NCBI GenBank assembly: GCA_965250085.1
Contig: OZ252287.1
Location: 736,001 to 800,000 of the forward strand
Direction: 5' to 3'
Length of the DNA stretch: 64,000 nucleotides
Origin: Candidatus Altimarinota bacterium
GTDB taxonomy: Bacteria; Patescibacteriota; Gracilibacteria; CAIRYL01
In this document: in pieces, positions 40,775 to 50,339 of the stretch
Position numbering within the stretch: the stretch's first letter is position 1
How the letters are laid out: each line of letters begins with the position of its first letter
The notes under the pieces: model-generated
The model's input: the letters and a program-made list of their open reading frames with translations, nothing else
Database searches by the model: none
Told to the model about the DNA's origin: nothing
Translations under genes and position numbers: made by a program

Positions 40775-41485
40775 TTAAGAAGATTTTTGTGCTCGCAGGC
40801 AAATATTTTTACATCCAGAGATGTTTCCTTTGAACCCATTATGAGACCCCCAGTACTCGAGAATTTCAAAATGAGTGCTGCAAAGTAGCTTTTGGAGATG
40901 TTGAATATCAAATGAGTGATAATATCTCATTTTCTTATTTTTTCCCCAAGGAATAAGAAAATCTCTTTTTTTCCACCATGGGAGAAAACATGATCTCCAG
41001 AAAGCTTTTTTCTTTTGAATGACGTATTTTTTTTGATCCCACAGGTTCCAAACGGTGAGAACAAATTTTCCTCCTGGTTTTAAAATACGATGTATTTGCT
41101 GGAGTGTTTTTTTTCGTGCTGAAGCATTTGGTGCGTGATGAAATGCCGCGATGCACCAAACCTCGTCAAAACTTTGATCAGGAAAAGGCAGATCTAAAAA
41201 ATCAGCTTTGTAAAAAATGGTCTTTGGATGTTTTTTCTGAGCCAAATAAAGCAATCTTTCTGAAATATCTACTCCATGTATTTCACAATTTTTTTGCTTA
41301 AACATCTGCACAAGTCGACCATTTCCACATCCCAAATCGAGTATTTTAGATGCAGTAGGGGTGTCTTTGAACAGGAGTGAGAGCTCCCCCCAAGGATATT
41401 GACGCGTCGTATCAAACTCGTCGGCAATTTCATCATAGATTGATTCGAGTGCTTGGGCTGCCTGTCGTGGAGTCCAAAAAAACAT
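40775..41485 (-). CDS. class I SAM-dependent methyltransferase
   Basis: ILDLGCGNGR, FD, LKPGG. Confidence 0.9.
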   Translation of the reverse strand: MFFWTPRQAAQALESIYDEIADEFDTTRQYPWGELSLLFKDTPTASKILDLGCGNGRLVQMFKQKNCEIHGVDISERLLYLAQKKHPKTIFYKADFLDLPFPDQSFDEVWCIAAFHHAPNASARKKTLQQIHRILKPGGKFVLTVWNLWDQKKYVIQKKKAFWRSCFLPWWKKRDFLIPWGKNKKMRYYHSFDIQHLQKLLCSTHFEILEYWGSHNGFKGNISGCKNICLRAQKSS

Positions 41486-41550
41486 ACAAAAACTGAGATA
41501 TTTTTAAATAACAACATGTTCTTCTGGTTCTTCATTTTTTAATTGTTGCC

Positions 41551-42876
41551 CTATTCTCCCAGTTCATACAGATCTATATTATCCTTCCCCACAAGTTTTA
41601 CTACTTTTTCTACTACTTTTGCCATTGGTATTACTTCTTGTGTTCCTTTGACCATATTACGAAGGATAGCAGTCCCTTCGCGAACTTCCACTTCCCCCAG
41701 AAGTATCGCCCAAGGTGCTCCAAATTTGTTTGCAATAGAGAGTTGATAGCTCATAGATGCTTTTCCCATGGCTCCTCGCGCATGTATTCCTTTGTCGTGA
41801 AGTTCGGCAAGTATTTTCATCGCTTTCTTTTTTGCCTCCCCCCCCAACTGAGCAACATATACATATATTTTGTCTTTTTCTGGAGGAGTTATGTGCTCTT
41901 CTTTCAAATGAGCCACAATACGCTCAAGGCCAAATGCGGCACCTACTGCCGGAGTAGGTCGTCCACCAAGAAGCTCGACAAGCCCGTCATAGCGTCCTCC
42001 TCCTCCAACAGCGTTCTGAGCTCCTTCATGCTTATCCCAAAATTCAAATACTGTATCTGTATAATAATCTAATCCGCGAACAAGAGTTTTATTTTCTACA
42101 TAGGAAACTTCTAGTTCATCCAAAAATTCTTTCACTTCTTGATAGTATTTCTCAGAGACATCATCTAGGAAATCTTCAAGCTTGGGTGCCAAAGAAACAA
42201 GTATTTGGACATCCTCATTCTTGGAATCAAGGATTCTCATTGGATTTGACTCAAGCCTACTGAGTTCTTCTTCTGGTAAATGTCTTTTTTTATCATAGAA
42301 ATAATTTTTAAGCGCTTCATTATAGGCTTTTCTCACTTCCAATGTTCCAATCGTATTGATCTGAAGTGTAAAATGATGACCAATTTTAAGATCATTTAAT
42401 ATGACCTGACACAGGTGTATAACCTGTGCATCTATAGATGAATCACGGGATCCAATAACTTCAAAATCAAGTTGATGAAATTGACGATACCTCCCTTTTT
42501 GGGGTCTGTCATACCGGAAATGTGGCTCAATAGCATAGAGTTGTACCGGCTGAGGCAGATTGACCATACCGTGTTCAATATAGGCTCTCACAATTCCAGC
42601 TGTTGATTCGGGCTTGAGTGTCATAGATTTTCCAGATCTGCTTTCCATAGAAAACATTTCTTTTTGCACAATGTCTGTGGCATGTCCAATTCCTCTGGTA
42701 AATACATTTGTATCCTCCATAACAGGAGTTGTGATACGGCGAAAGCCCGCTTGTCTCAATCGATGTCTCGCTACTTTTTTTATGAGAGTAGAATAGTCAT
42801 ATTCATCAGGAAGAATATCCTGAAATCCTCGAAGTGTCTGAAATTGCTGCTTCTTTGAAGCCGTGTCTTCTTTCAT
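41551..42876 (-). CDS. hisS: histidine--tRNA ligase
   Basis: FRYDRPQKGRYRQF, LVRGLDYY, GGGRYDGL. Confidence 0.98.
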   Translation of the reverse strand: MKEDTASKKQQFQTLRGFQDILPDEYDYSTLIKKVARHRLRQAGFRRITTPVMEDTNVFTRGIGHATDIVQKEMFSMESRSGKSMTLKPESTAGIVRAYIEHGMVNLPQPVQLYAIEPHFRYDRPQKGRYRQFHQLDFEVIGSRDSSIDAQVIHLCQVILNDLKIGHHFTLQINTIGTLEVRKAYNEALKNYFYDKKRHLPEEELSRLESNPMRILDSKNEDVQILVSLAPKLEDFLDDVSEKYYQEVKEFLDELEVSYVENKTLVRGLDYYTDTVFEFWDKHEGAQNAVGGGGRYDGLVELLGGRPTPAVGAAFGLERIVAHLKEEHITPPEKDKIYVYVAQLGGEAKKKAMKILAELHDKGIHARGAMGKASMSYQLSIANKFGAPWAILLGEVEVREGTAILRNMVKGTQEVIPMAKVVEKVVKLVGKDNIDLYELGE

Positions 42877-42906
42877 GAGAAAAAACGAAATAAAAAGTTC
42901 CAAAAC

Positions 42907-43542
42907 ATTGTCTCAAAAAGATCTTCTGGAGACAATAAGAAGAAGAACCAAAAAAAGAGGGGAACAGCACATGTTTCTCAAACAGAGATAACAGAGGTGT
43001 TGATTCCCCTCTTTGTGTATACTCGAAAGGCGCTTATAAGAAGCAAAAGGACTTTCGAGCAAAAAGGATCTCACACATAGAAAAATCTATGAATGAGGAA
43101 GCTCCCTACCCCTTGGTACTCATTTTTTTCTAAGACCGAAGCACCATCGGTCTTCTATTTGAAGGCAATTCTATAGAAGAATCTACCGCGTATTTTGTTT
43201 TTGTTTTATATGTTCGAAGGCAGGCCATCCACCCCGCAAGTGCGGAGGGAGGCTACTCTTCGGTGGTTCCGGCTCTCACAGTCGAGAAGCCATCGGAGAG
43301 TAGGGAGGAAGGAACCCGCTAAACACATTCAAATGCGAACGAGCTCCTTCCTCCCCCCAAAGATATGAGGAAGCAAAAGAGAAAAATATGAAATGTAAAA
43401 GATCTTTTTTATTTGGACGAATCCCCTCATTATATCAAAAAAAAAGAGCCTTGAGAAGACCCTTTCTTTTTTCATCACAAAAAGGAGTGGGAAGCCATCA
43501 AGGGGTTTGGTATCATGACTGCACCCTTGTCTTCCCACTTCA
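42907..43542. ncRNA. candidate large structured non-coding region between hisS and gmk
   Basis: Eight hairpins in ~640 nt with no credible ORF. Confidence 0.4.
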
Positions 43543-43574
43543 CTCGCTAGTAATTATATACTAAAATTATAAAA

Positions 43575-44162
43575 ATGTCAAACAACTTGGGTGTTCTTAT
43601 CCTTATTCTCGGCCCATCTGGAACTGGCAAAGGGACCACTATTGATCTCCTGCAAAAGCGTCATCCAGAATGGGTGTTCCCTCCCTCTGTCACTACTCGG
43701 CTTCCTCGTCCTGGGGAAAACGAAGGTGCAGTATATAATTTTGTATCCCTTGAAGAATTTGAAAAGAAAAAATCTATAGGTGAATTCTTGGAATGGGCAT
43801 GTGTTCACGAGTCTGACTATTATGGAACATTAAGATCAGAAATTTTGCCACCACTTGAAGAAGGAAAAATTGTCATTCGAGAGGTAGATGCACAAGGGTT
43901 TCTTTCTATTATAGAAAATTCAGAGATTCCCAGAAAAAATGTAATTGGAATTTTTTTATTCCCGTCTTCATCAGAAGAGCTTATTAATCGCATTACCAAA
44001 AGAGCACCCATTTCTCCGTTAGAACTTTCTCGAAGAATGGAAAGTCTGCAAAGAGAAATTGAAATCGCGAGCGCATGTGATTTTCAAATTCAAACTGAAG
44101 AAGGTGAATTAGCGCTTCCTGCAAATGAAATAGAACAAATTATAAAGCTCAAAACGCGTTGA
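43575..44162 (+). CDS. gmk: guanylate kinase
   Basis: GPSGTGKGT, TTRLPRPGE, FLEWA, YYGT. Confidence 0.96.
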   Translation: MSNNLGVLILILGPSGTGKGTTIDLLQKRHPEWVFPPSVTTRLPRPGENEGAVYNFVSLEEFEKKKSIGEFLEWACVHESDYYGTLRSEILPPLEEGKIVIREVDAQGFLSIIENSEIPRKNVIGIFLFPSSSEELINRITKRAPISPLELSRRMESLQREIEIASACDFQIQTEEGELALPANEIEQIIKLKTR

Positions 44163-44197
44163 AAAATCTGTCCAAACTCGGCAAAATGATAAGGTGT

Positions 44198-44272
44198 TCG
44201 GGAGTCGCCAAGTGGTAAGGCAACGGGTTCTGGTCCCGTCATTCGGGGGTTCGAATCCCTCCTCCCGAGCCA
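44198..44272 (+). tRNA. tRNA-Gln (CTG), island integration site
   Basis: TCGGGAG acceptor, ACGGG TTCTGGT CCCGT anticodon arm, GTTCGAATC, CTCCCGAGCCA. Confidence 0.96.
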
Positions 44273-45804
44273 TTCAAGATTTTTGCTAAAAATAGAGAGT
44301 TGAAAGGTTCGTTAAGCTCTATTTCAAGCACCTTTCCGCCATGTGCAAAAATGTTTAGAACTGCCATTTCTGCGATTTCAAGTTTTTTATCACCGGAGAA
44401 GGTTTTATAGCTTGTAGACAGGCTTTTTAGCATGTTTAGAAATTTTTTAAAATCAGGTATAAATTTTGTTTCTTCTTTCTCCATTTTGCTTAGATCTTTG
44501 TTATAGTTTTTGATCTCATTTGTAAGTTCGGTTTTCTTTCGTCTGTATATTTTTCGCTGACTGGTATCATATTCTTTTCGATATAGCAGATGGTTTTCTT
44601 CAAGGTTGGTGAGATCGTTTTTTGCTTTTGTTCTTGAGCCTCTGATTCTTTTCTTTTCCTGTTCTCGTCTCTCAAACTCATCTTCAGAGTGTTTTCGAGC
44701 TGCTTTTATGTATTCGCGATACTTCTCTTCAGTGAACTTGGGACTAATATGCTTGAACTTACGATCAAGAGCCTCAACTATGTCTTTTGCTTGTATAGCC
44801 TTCAATTGAGACTTTGTGGGCACAGCAACTTTTTTCTTGTGGGCATTGTCTACAACATATCGGAGATATTTTACCTTTCCGTTGTTAATAATCTGTGGCT
44901 TATATTCTATGTTTGGAACGATCGCGTCGAAAATTTTTCCTCTCAAGGGTTTATCTACTTTTATATACTGACCACCGCTTCTTTCCATGCGCTGAGCTTC
45001 CCAATACTCTTCTTCCGTAATCATAGCTGGGAAATTATACTTTTCCCGAAGATCAACTTCCGAGTCTCCCTTCAGGTTCAAAATTCCACAATAAATCTTG
45101 TCTTTGAACATCTTGTTTATTTTTTGAGAAGTCATGTACTGTTTTTTTCTCGCTTTTTTTCCTGAGATCAGTTCTCGATAAAAACCTCTTTTATTAAGCC
45201 AATCGGCAATTCTTGGTTCTTTTTCTCCTGCTAACCTTTTTTGCCATGCTTGTTGTATGAGACGCCAAAATTTTCCTTTCGCGTATCTCTCTTTTTTAAT
45301 ATCATATCCAAATTTTGTTCTCCCCAGCGGGTGCCCTTCCTCATGTTTCCTTATATTTGCTTTCTTTACATGCGTACTGAGGTTGTCAGAATAATGTTTT
45401 GAAAAAACAAAGGATATTCCAAGGAGCATTTTACCGGTATCGTCTTTACTAAACTGTTGAGTACAGAACCTTAAATCAACAAGTTGCCCACTGTCTAAAA
45501 GGTCTATAATTTCACCTCCTTCAAACATGTTTCTTGCAAGACGATCTGGATGCCATGCGATAATGCCATCTATTTTTCCTGCTTTTATATCCTTGATCAT
45601 CTTTAGAAACTTAGGTCTTTGCCCGGACATTTTGGCAGACTTGCTTTCTTCTATTACGTTTACAACGGTAAGTCCATCTTTCTCTTCTAGTTTTTTGCAA
45701 AAATAAATTTGATCTGGGATTGAAGCAGCTTGCCGCTCCTTTTCTTCACTCGATTTTCGAGCGTAAATTACATACCGATCAGCTTTTTCTTGTAAAAAAT
45801 CCAT
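44239..45804 (-). CDS. large serine recombinase (integrase) overlapping tRNA-Gln
   Basis: YARKS catalytic Ser, SAK..RP.F, DRLARN, recombinase domain, coiled coil; last codons antisense to the tRNA. Confidence 0.92.
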   Translation of the reverse strand: MDFLQEKADRYVIYARKSSEEKERQAASIPDQIYFCKKLEEKDGLTVVNVIEESKSAKMSGQRPKFLKMIKDIKAGKIDGIIAWHPDRLARNMFEGGEIIDLLDSGQLVDLRFCTQQFSKDDTGKMLLGISFVFSKHYSDNLSTHVKKANIRKHEEGHPLGRTKFGYDIKKERYAKGKFWRLIQQAWQKRLAGEKEPRIADWLNKRGFYRELISGKKARKKQYMTSQKINKMFKDKIYCGILNLKGDSEVDLREKYNFPAMITEEEYWEAQRMERSGGQYIKVDKPLRGKIFDAIVPNIEYKPQIINNGKVKYLRYVVDNAHKKKVAVPTKSQLKAIQAKDIVEALDRKFKHISPKFTEEKYREYIKAARKHSEDEFERREQEKKRIRGSRTKAKNDLTNLEENHLLYRKEYDTSQRKIYRRKKTELTNEIKNYNKDLSKMEKEETKFIPDFKKFLNMLKSLSTSYKTFSGDKKLEIAEMAVLNIFAHGGKVLEIELNEPFNSLFLAKILNGSGGGIRTPE

Positions 45805-45848
45805 AGGTAAATTTTAAATTATTTTGAATTTTAAGGTAAGCTATAGCT

Positions 45849-46202
45849 ATGAAACACTACGAAGACCTCACCGATAAAGAAGGAAAAGAGGAATACCATC
45901 AGCAGGTTAGCAAAGACATGAAGCTCTTGGAAGAGAAGGGGATTGTAACCAAGAAAAAGGAAAATTTTGAGGGAAGACCGCTTTGGGAAACCTGCGTTCG
46001 TCCGGATTTTATTGTGAAGGCGATAGAACTCGCAAAGAAAGAAAAGGGAGATCCCAACAAGGTAATTATCAATGGGCAAGAGGTGTTACTCAGTTTTTTG
46101 CCATTCTTATTCTTTCTCAATGTAACCGACGAAGAGCAACATCGGAAAGCAGAAGAGTATTTGAAACAGCTCATGGCTAATGCAAAACTCGCAAGTCAAT
46201 AA
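45849..46202 (+). CDS. hypothetical protein divergent from the integrase
   Basis: 117-aa ORF with protein-like composition. Confidence 0.6.
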   Translation: MKHYEDLTDKEGKEEYHQQVSKDMKLLEEKGIVTKKKENFEGRPLWETCVRPDFIVKAIELAKKEKGDPNKVIINGQEVLLSFLPFLFFLNVTDEEQHRKAEEYLKQLMANAKLASQ

Positions 46203-46346
46203 GCAAGGGTAGCCTTTCGCCACGTGTTCGCTTGTGTGCCGACAACTCCTCTTTTTCGGAGATGATTGCCACCTTTGGCAAAAACGCGACATAGCGAAAA
46301 CGTGTGACACGTGTGCAAATTGAAGAAAATGCTGAAACTTACTTGT

Positions 46347-46760
46347 TCACTTGTTCATTCCTGAATTAAGAGGTTTGCTTCCATCAAAGTCTTGCATGAT
46401 TTTTTCCAAATTCTCTGGATCTCCCTGCATGGAAAATACTACATTCCCGCGCGTTTGGAGATTGATTTGGAATATGTCTTCGAAGTCCTCCTGCACGCCC
46501 TTAAGGGCAGTAAGACCATTTTTGAACTTCGCGGTGCTATCGAATCCCTTGATCACGAGTCTGCCATATTTAGTCTGCATCTCATAGTCTATAGACTCTT
46601 TTAAATCGATTAGAGTTGGTTCATCTGACTGGTCTTGAAGCTCTGTCACCTGTGAATCTTCGAGTCTGCTGATAATTTCTTGGATATCTGGAACGGACGA
46701 CGGTGAACATCCCGTCAGGATTGCAGCCATGATGACGACTACTGCTATAAATGGGAACAT
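46347..46760 (-). CDS. hypothetical lipoprotein
   Basis: Hydrophobic signal ending ILTGC. Confidence 0.65.
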   Translation of the reverse strand: MFPFIAVVVIMAAILTGCSPSSVPDIQEIISRLEDSQVTELQDQSDEPTLIDLKESIDYEMQTKYGRLVIKGFDSTAKFKNGLTALKGVQEDFEDIFQINLQTRGNVVFSMQGDPENLEKIMQDFDGSKPLNSGMNK

Positions 46761-46799
46761 GAGGAAAATATAAAATATACACAAAATGGGACGACCCTT

Positions 46800-46917
46800 T
46801 GAGCAGTCTCCCATCAGCTCTTGCGAACATCCGAAAGGCTAGAGCCGCCCCTCTTTATGCCCTTTTAGGCAAGAGGAAGCTGCTCGCAAAAAGCCAATGA
46901 TGATAGGAAACTGCTCA
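46800..46917 (-). ncRNA. candidate structured RNA leader
   Basis: ~30-bp closing stem TGAGCAGT...ACTGCTCA whose G-U pairs work only on the minus strand. Confidence 0.5.
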
Positions 46918-47022
46918 GCTACATACTACGAAAAAATCTTACTGGAGAGCAAGCAGTTGTTTTTAGAGCTCGCCGAGATTGACATATTTTAGAAAAAGTG
47001 TATTATGAGATACTGTCTTACA

Positions 47023-48448
47023 GGGAGCGTACCAATTTGGGGACCTGTTCTGTCATTTTTTGCGGTTGAGATTGATACAAAAAGGAATCCAATCATGAGA
47101 ATGGAAGTCGAAGCCAAATAGGTTTTTTGGATGAGCAGCTTGAAGAGGAGATTGACCATTCAAGTGCTTGAATTTTGTTTTACAGTCGGTGAATTTCCAG
47201 AATCTTCTCCTGAGAATAAGAGCATTTATATAATTGGCAGCAGTTTCTTCATGCTCAAACCCACGAATACCACTGAGCCTAATCTCCACAGAGGTGCTGT
47301 GATAGCCTTCAATGAGATTTGTAGTTCTTGGAATATCAAGCTCAGGATGGTTGATAGAGGCAATAATCAAATCTCTTTTCTTGTAGTAGTTATCATAAGC
47401 ATCTCGTATTTTTTGAGCATGTGGATATTTCTTTAAATCCATTCCAGCAATAGCGATATTGAGCTCGTCTTCTAATTTATTGAGGTCTTCTGTCGTCATT
47501 GCCGACCAAAATATTTTCTGTAAAATATGCTGAACAGTAATCAGGTAGTGGTATTCATGTTCAATATCTGCTAATTGATTGCTCAATTCCACAGCCTTAT
47601 TCTTATTATACTTGTGAGAAGATATGAGAATGCTCTTACCGAGATGAGCTAGTTTTTTCTCCAAGGAAGATATTTTTCTTTTGGCACTGTTCACCTTCAT
47701 ATTCCTATCTAATGCAGCACTATAGTGAGTAAGGCAGAGCTGAACAATAACATCGGGAAAGATTCTCTTCGCCACACTCATCGTCTCTCCCATGCTCTCA
47801 TCACAAACAACCACCTTCAGCGGATAGCCAATCTCCCTGAGCATTAAAAATCCTTGCTCAATATCATGCATATTCTCTGAAGCTGCCAAAATATGAACAG
47901 GAATATCGTGAGATTCATAATCCATGAAGGATATGTCTACAAGCCCCTTCTTTGTCTTCGCTTTTCTTCCGGTGACAGTCTGCTTGGAATCCTTTACTCC
48001 AATACACTTACCATCAACCAAAACAATCCCACAATAATTCTGAGGACACATCAAACGAGTCAGCTCATTGGAATCAATTAGTTTTGGCGTTGTCTTGTTT
48101 ATGATTTTGCAAATCGTCTTTTTATCCATCTCATTTTCTACGGCGAGAATACGGCATGAGTTTCTGTTGAGATGAGCCTTCAGGATTTCTTCTGCTTTTT
48201 TGTTTTTGTCGTTGAGAGTTATTTTCTTGCCGCAATCATGGCAGTAAATACGAAGATGGTTCCGGTGACGCCCTTTTCTTATAGTGTTGAGTCCTTCACA
48301 TACAGGACATCGAAGTTTTTTTTGTATTTGTCATAAATAAATTAAAGAAAAAAAGAAGAAATATTCTACTTTATCTCGATAACTTTCTCCAGAGCTTTAC
48401 CTCAAGCCGTTATTCTTAAATCACAGGCCCCCAAATTGGTACGCTCCC
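47023..48448 (-). mobile_element. IS256-like insertion sequence (1426 bp)
   Basis: 26-bp terminal IR GGGAGCGTACCAATTTGGGG(A/G)CCTGT; 9-bp target duplication TGTCTTACA at 47014-47022 and 48449-48457. Confidence 0.9.
47053..48334 (-). CDS. DDE transposase (IS256/Mutator-like) with N-terminal Zn ribbon; frameshift in A8 run near start
   Basis: LVDGK, VVCDE, QLCLTH, TTNLIEGYH; in-frame CPVC..CHDC upstream of 48129; ATG 48334 is 1 nt out of frame. Confidence 0.8.
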
Positions 48449-48611
48449 TGTCTTACAAGACTTTTGTTTTGTTCTTTAAAAACATCACTTTTGCCTACTG
48501 GTTGGCTTTTCTGCATTGAATAACTTCAGGAAATTCAACTGGTAGGCAAAAACGGCAGGCAGGAATAATTGATTTCTGTCCAACGATCCACACAAACGAA
48601 AGAGGCTAGAA

Positions 48612-49409
48612 ATGAAAGCGACGAACCGCTCCTCCCTCCTCACCACCCTTCTCGTACTGCTCGTTCTCGGTCTGGGCGCTTGCGCCACGACCGACCAACA
48701 GCAGCCGAGCGCCATTCAGAAGCTCGTCTTCCAATTCACCCCCAGACTGGTCGCCGAGCACGTCACCCCCGGAGTCTACGAAGTCCTGGCAAAGAATCTC
48801 GTCATGCAGTACGACTGGCGAGATCCGGAGAGCCCGGATCCGATGAGTTCGCGCTTCCAGATCGCGAATTGGAACATCCGAGGCGCCTATTACCGCGCCC
48901 ACGATGTCAACTGGGATTACGAGACCAGGACTGACCCGCGAAAAACCAAGCTCCCCGAGATGATCAACCTCGTCGTCGACAACGCCCGCTTCTTGCCCGA
49001 CGACTTGGTGGTCGGGCAGGCGGAGATCCTCAAGGAAGAGATCTCCGTTCTTGCTGCGGGAAACGACAGCTTCGATGCTGAAGAGGTGCTGGGCTCCTAC
49101 GCCGACAACGCGGAGCACTGGGCGGGGCTGATCGAGCTGTATCTCTCGGACAGGTACGGACTCATGGCGCTCGCTCGCACCATGGATCCGATCTACGAAA
49201 GCTACGATCGGCATCGCATCCGCACCGCGGAGGAGGAGCTCTACGATAACGAGGTCTACGGTCACCTGTTCAAGGAACAGCGTAGCAGGGACTTCGTCTA
49301 TCTGCTCCTCTGGTGCGAGCGCCGCGCCGTCAAGAGCTCGGGTGTGGACAATCTGCGCGCAATCGCCAACGCCCTGAAGCTCGGGGCGGAGACATTTCGC
49401 AGCAGCTAG
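48612..49409 (+). CDS. high-GC hypothetical lipoprotein
   Basis: Lipobox LGLGAC; strongly G/C-ending codons. Confidence 0.75.
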   Translation: MKATNRSSLLTTLLVLLVLGLGACATTDQQQPSAIQKLVFQFTPRLVAEHVTPGVYEVLAKNLVMQYDWRDPESPDPMSSRFQIANWNIRGAYYRAHDVNWDYETRTDPRKTKLPEMINLVVDNARFLPDDLVVGQAEILKEEISVLAAGNDSFDAEEVLGSYADNAEHWAGLIELYLSDRYGLMALARTMDPIYESYDRHRIRTAEEELYDNEVYGHLFKEQRSRDFVYLLLWCERRAVKSSGVDNLRAIANALKLGAETFRSS

Positions 49410-49603
49410 TGGAACGCGACCAACCTGCCTGCCAACGGTTGCTACCCACACTTCTCCGGTGCTAGGACTCGCTTCGCACATCCCGTGCAACAGCTGAGAC
49501 GGCGCACTGGCAAAAGTGTGTCATCTCAGCTATTCCTTGACCTCTGCAAAGAGTGTTGAGGGATGCGATTCCTAGCCCGGAGTGTCCTCACTCTGGGCTT
49601 TTT

Positions 49604-50227
49604 TCAATCTATTTTTTTATTCCTCTTCCAAAACGCCATCACCCCACCTGTACTCCGATATCCCAACTTCTCCGCAATCTCCCGCCATTTCTTCCTTCCC
49701 TTCCGCATCGCCCGGATACTTGTAATCTTCTCTCCGGAAAGAGTACTGCGCTTCTTTGGTCTACCGAGAATAACACCTTTTCTTCGGGCTGTTTCCAATC
49801 CCGCTTTGGTACGCTCGGAGATGATATTTGCCTCAAACTCTGCAAATATGCCCATCATCTGGAGAAACATCTTGCCCTGAGCGGTAGTCGTATCGATCTT
49901 GTTTTCAATAAAAATTATTTCTTTGCCATTCTCCTGAATCCGATTCACCACATTCTGCAAATCGATGTTATTCCGGGCAAGCCGGTCAATCTTCGTACAG
50001 ATCAGGATATCAAAACAATTCGTCTGTAACGTCTCACGTAACTTCGGGCGTTTCTTCAAATCCTTGGCACTGGCTTTCTCAATCACCACTCTCTTGAGCT
50101 TTATATGTTCATACTCACAGTATTTCCGAATCTGCTCTTTCTGGTGGTCGATCGAGTGCTTCTGTTTGTTCTCATTCGTACTGATCCGCACGTACCCTAT
50201 AGCCTGAGTTGGAGTCGATTGCCTCAT
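49604..50227 (-). CDS. small serine resolvase/invertase
   Basis: GYVRIST, KIDRLARN, IDTTTAQGK, FAEFE, LGRP, C-terminal HTH. Confidence 0.92.
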   Translation of the reverse strand: MRQSTPTQAIGYVRISTNENKQKHSIDHQKEQIRKYCEYEHIKLKRVVIEKASAKDLKKRPKLRETLQTNCFDILICTKIDRLARNNIDLQNVVNRIQENGKEIIFIENKIDTTTAQGKMFLQMMGIFAEFEANIISERTKAGLETARRKGVILGRPKKRSTLSGEKITSIRAMRKGRKKWREIAEKLGYRSTGGVMAFWKRNKKID

Positions 50228-50339
50228 TATAAAGCGAAAAATCGATCACGTGTTACCTCTGTAGCGACTGCAAGTCAACTCATAAACGGTCGTTTATGAG
50301 ATAAGGAAATGAGGGTTTATGCCTAAAAATAGGCAGATA

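Noticed and set aside
43090-43310. RNase P RNA, T-box or tmRNA
   Set aside because: GAGGAAGCTCC resembles the RNase P P4 5' strand, but no matching 3' motif was found. There is no T-box UGGNACC antiterminator and no tRNA-like ends.
48606-49490. 294-aa minus-strand ORF
   Set aside because: Antisense shadow of the GC-rich lipoprotein gene, which has a lipobox and a purine-rich upstream region.
49424-49562. Integron attC site after the high-GC gene
   Set aside because: GCCAAC...GTTGAGG ends are suggestive, but the inner L boxes are not complementary and there is no integron integrase in the window.
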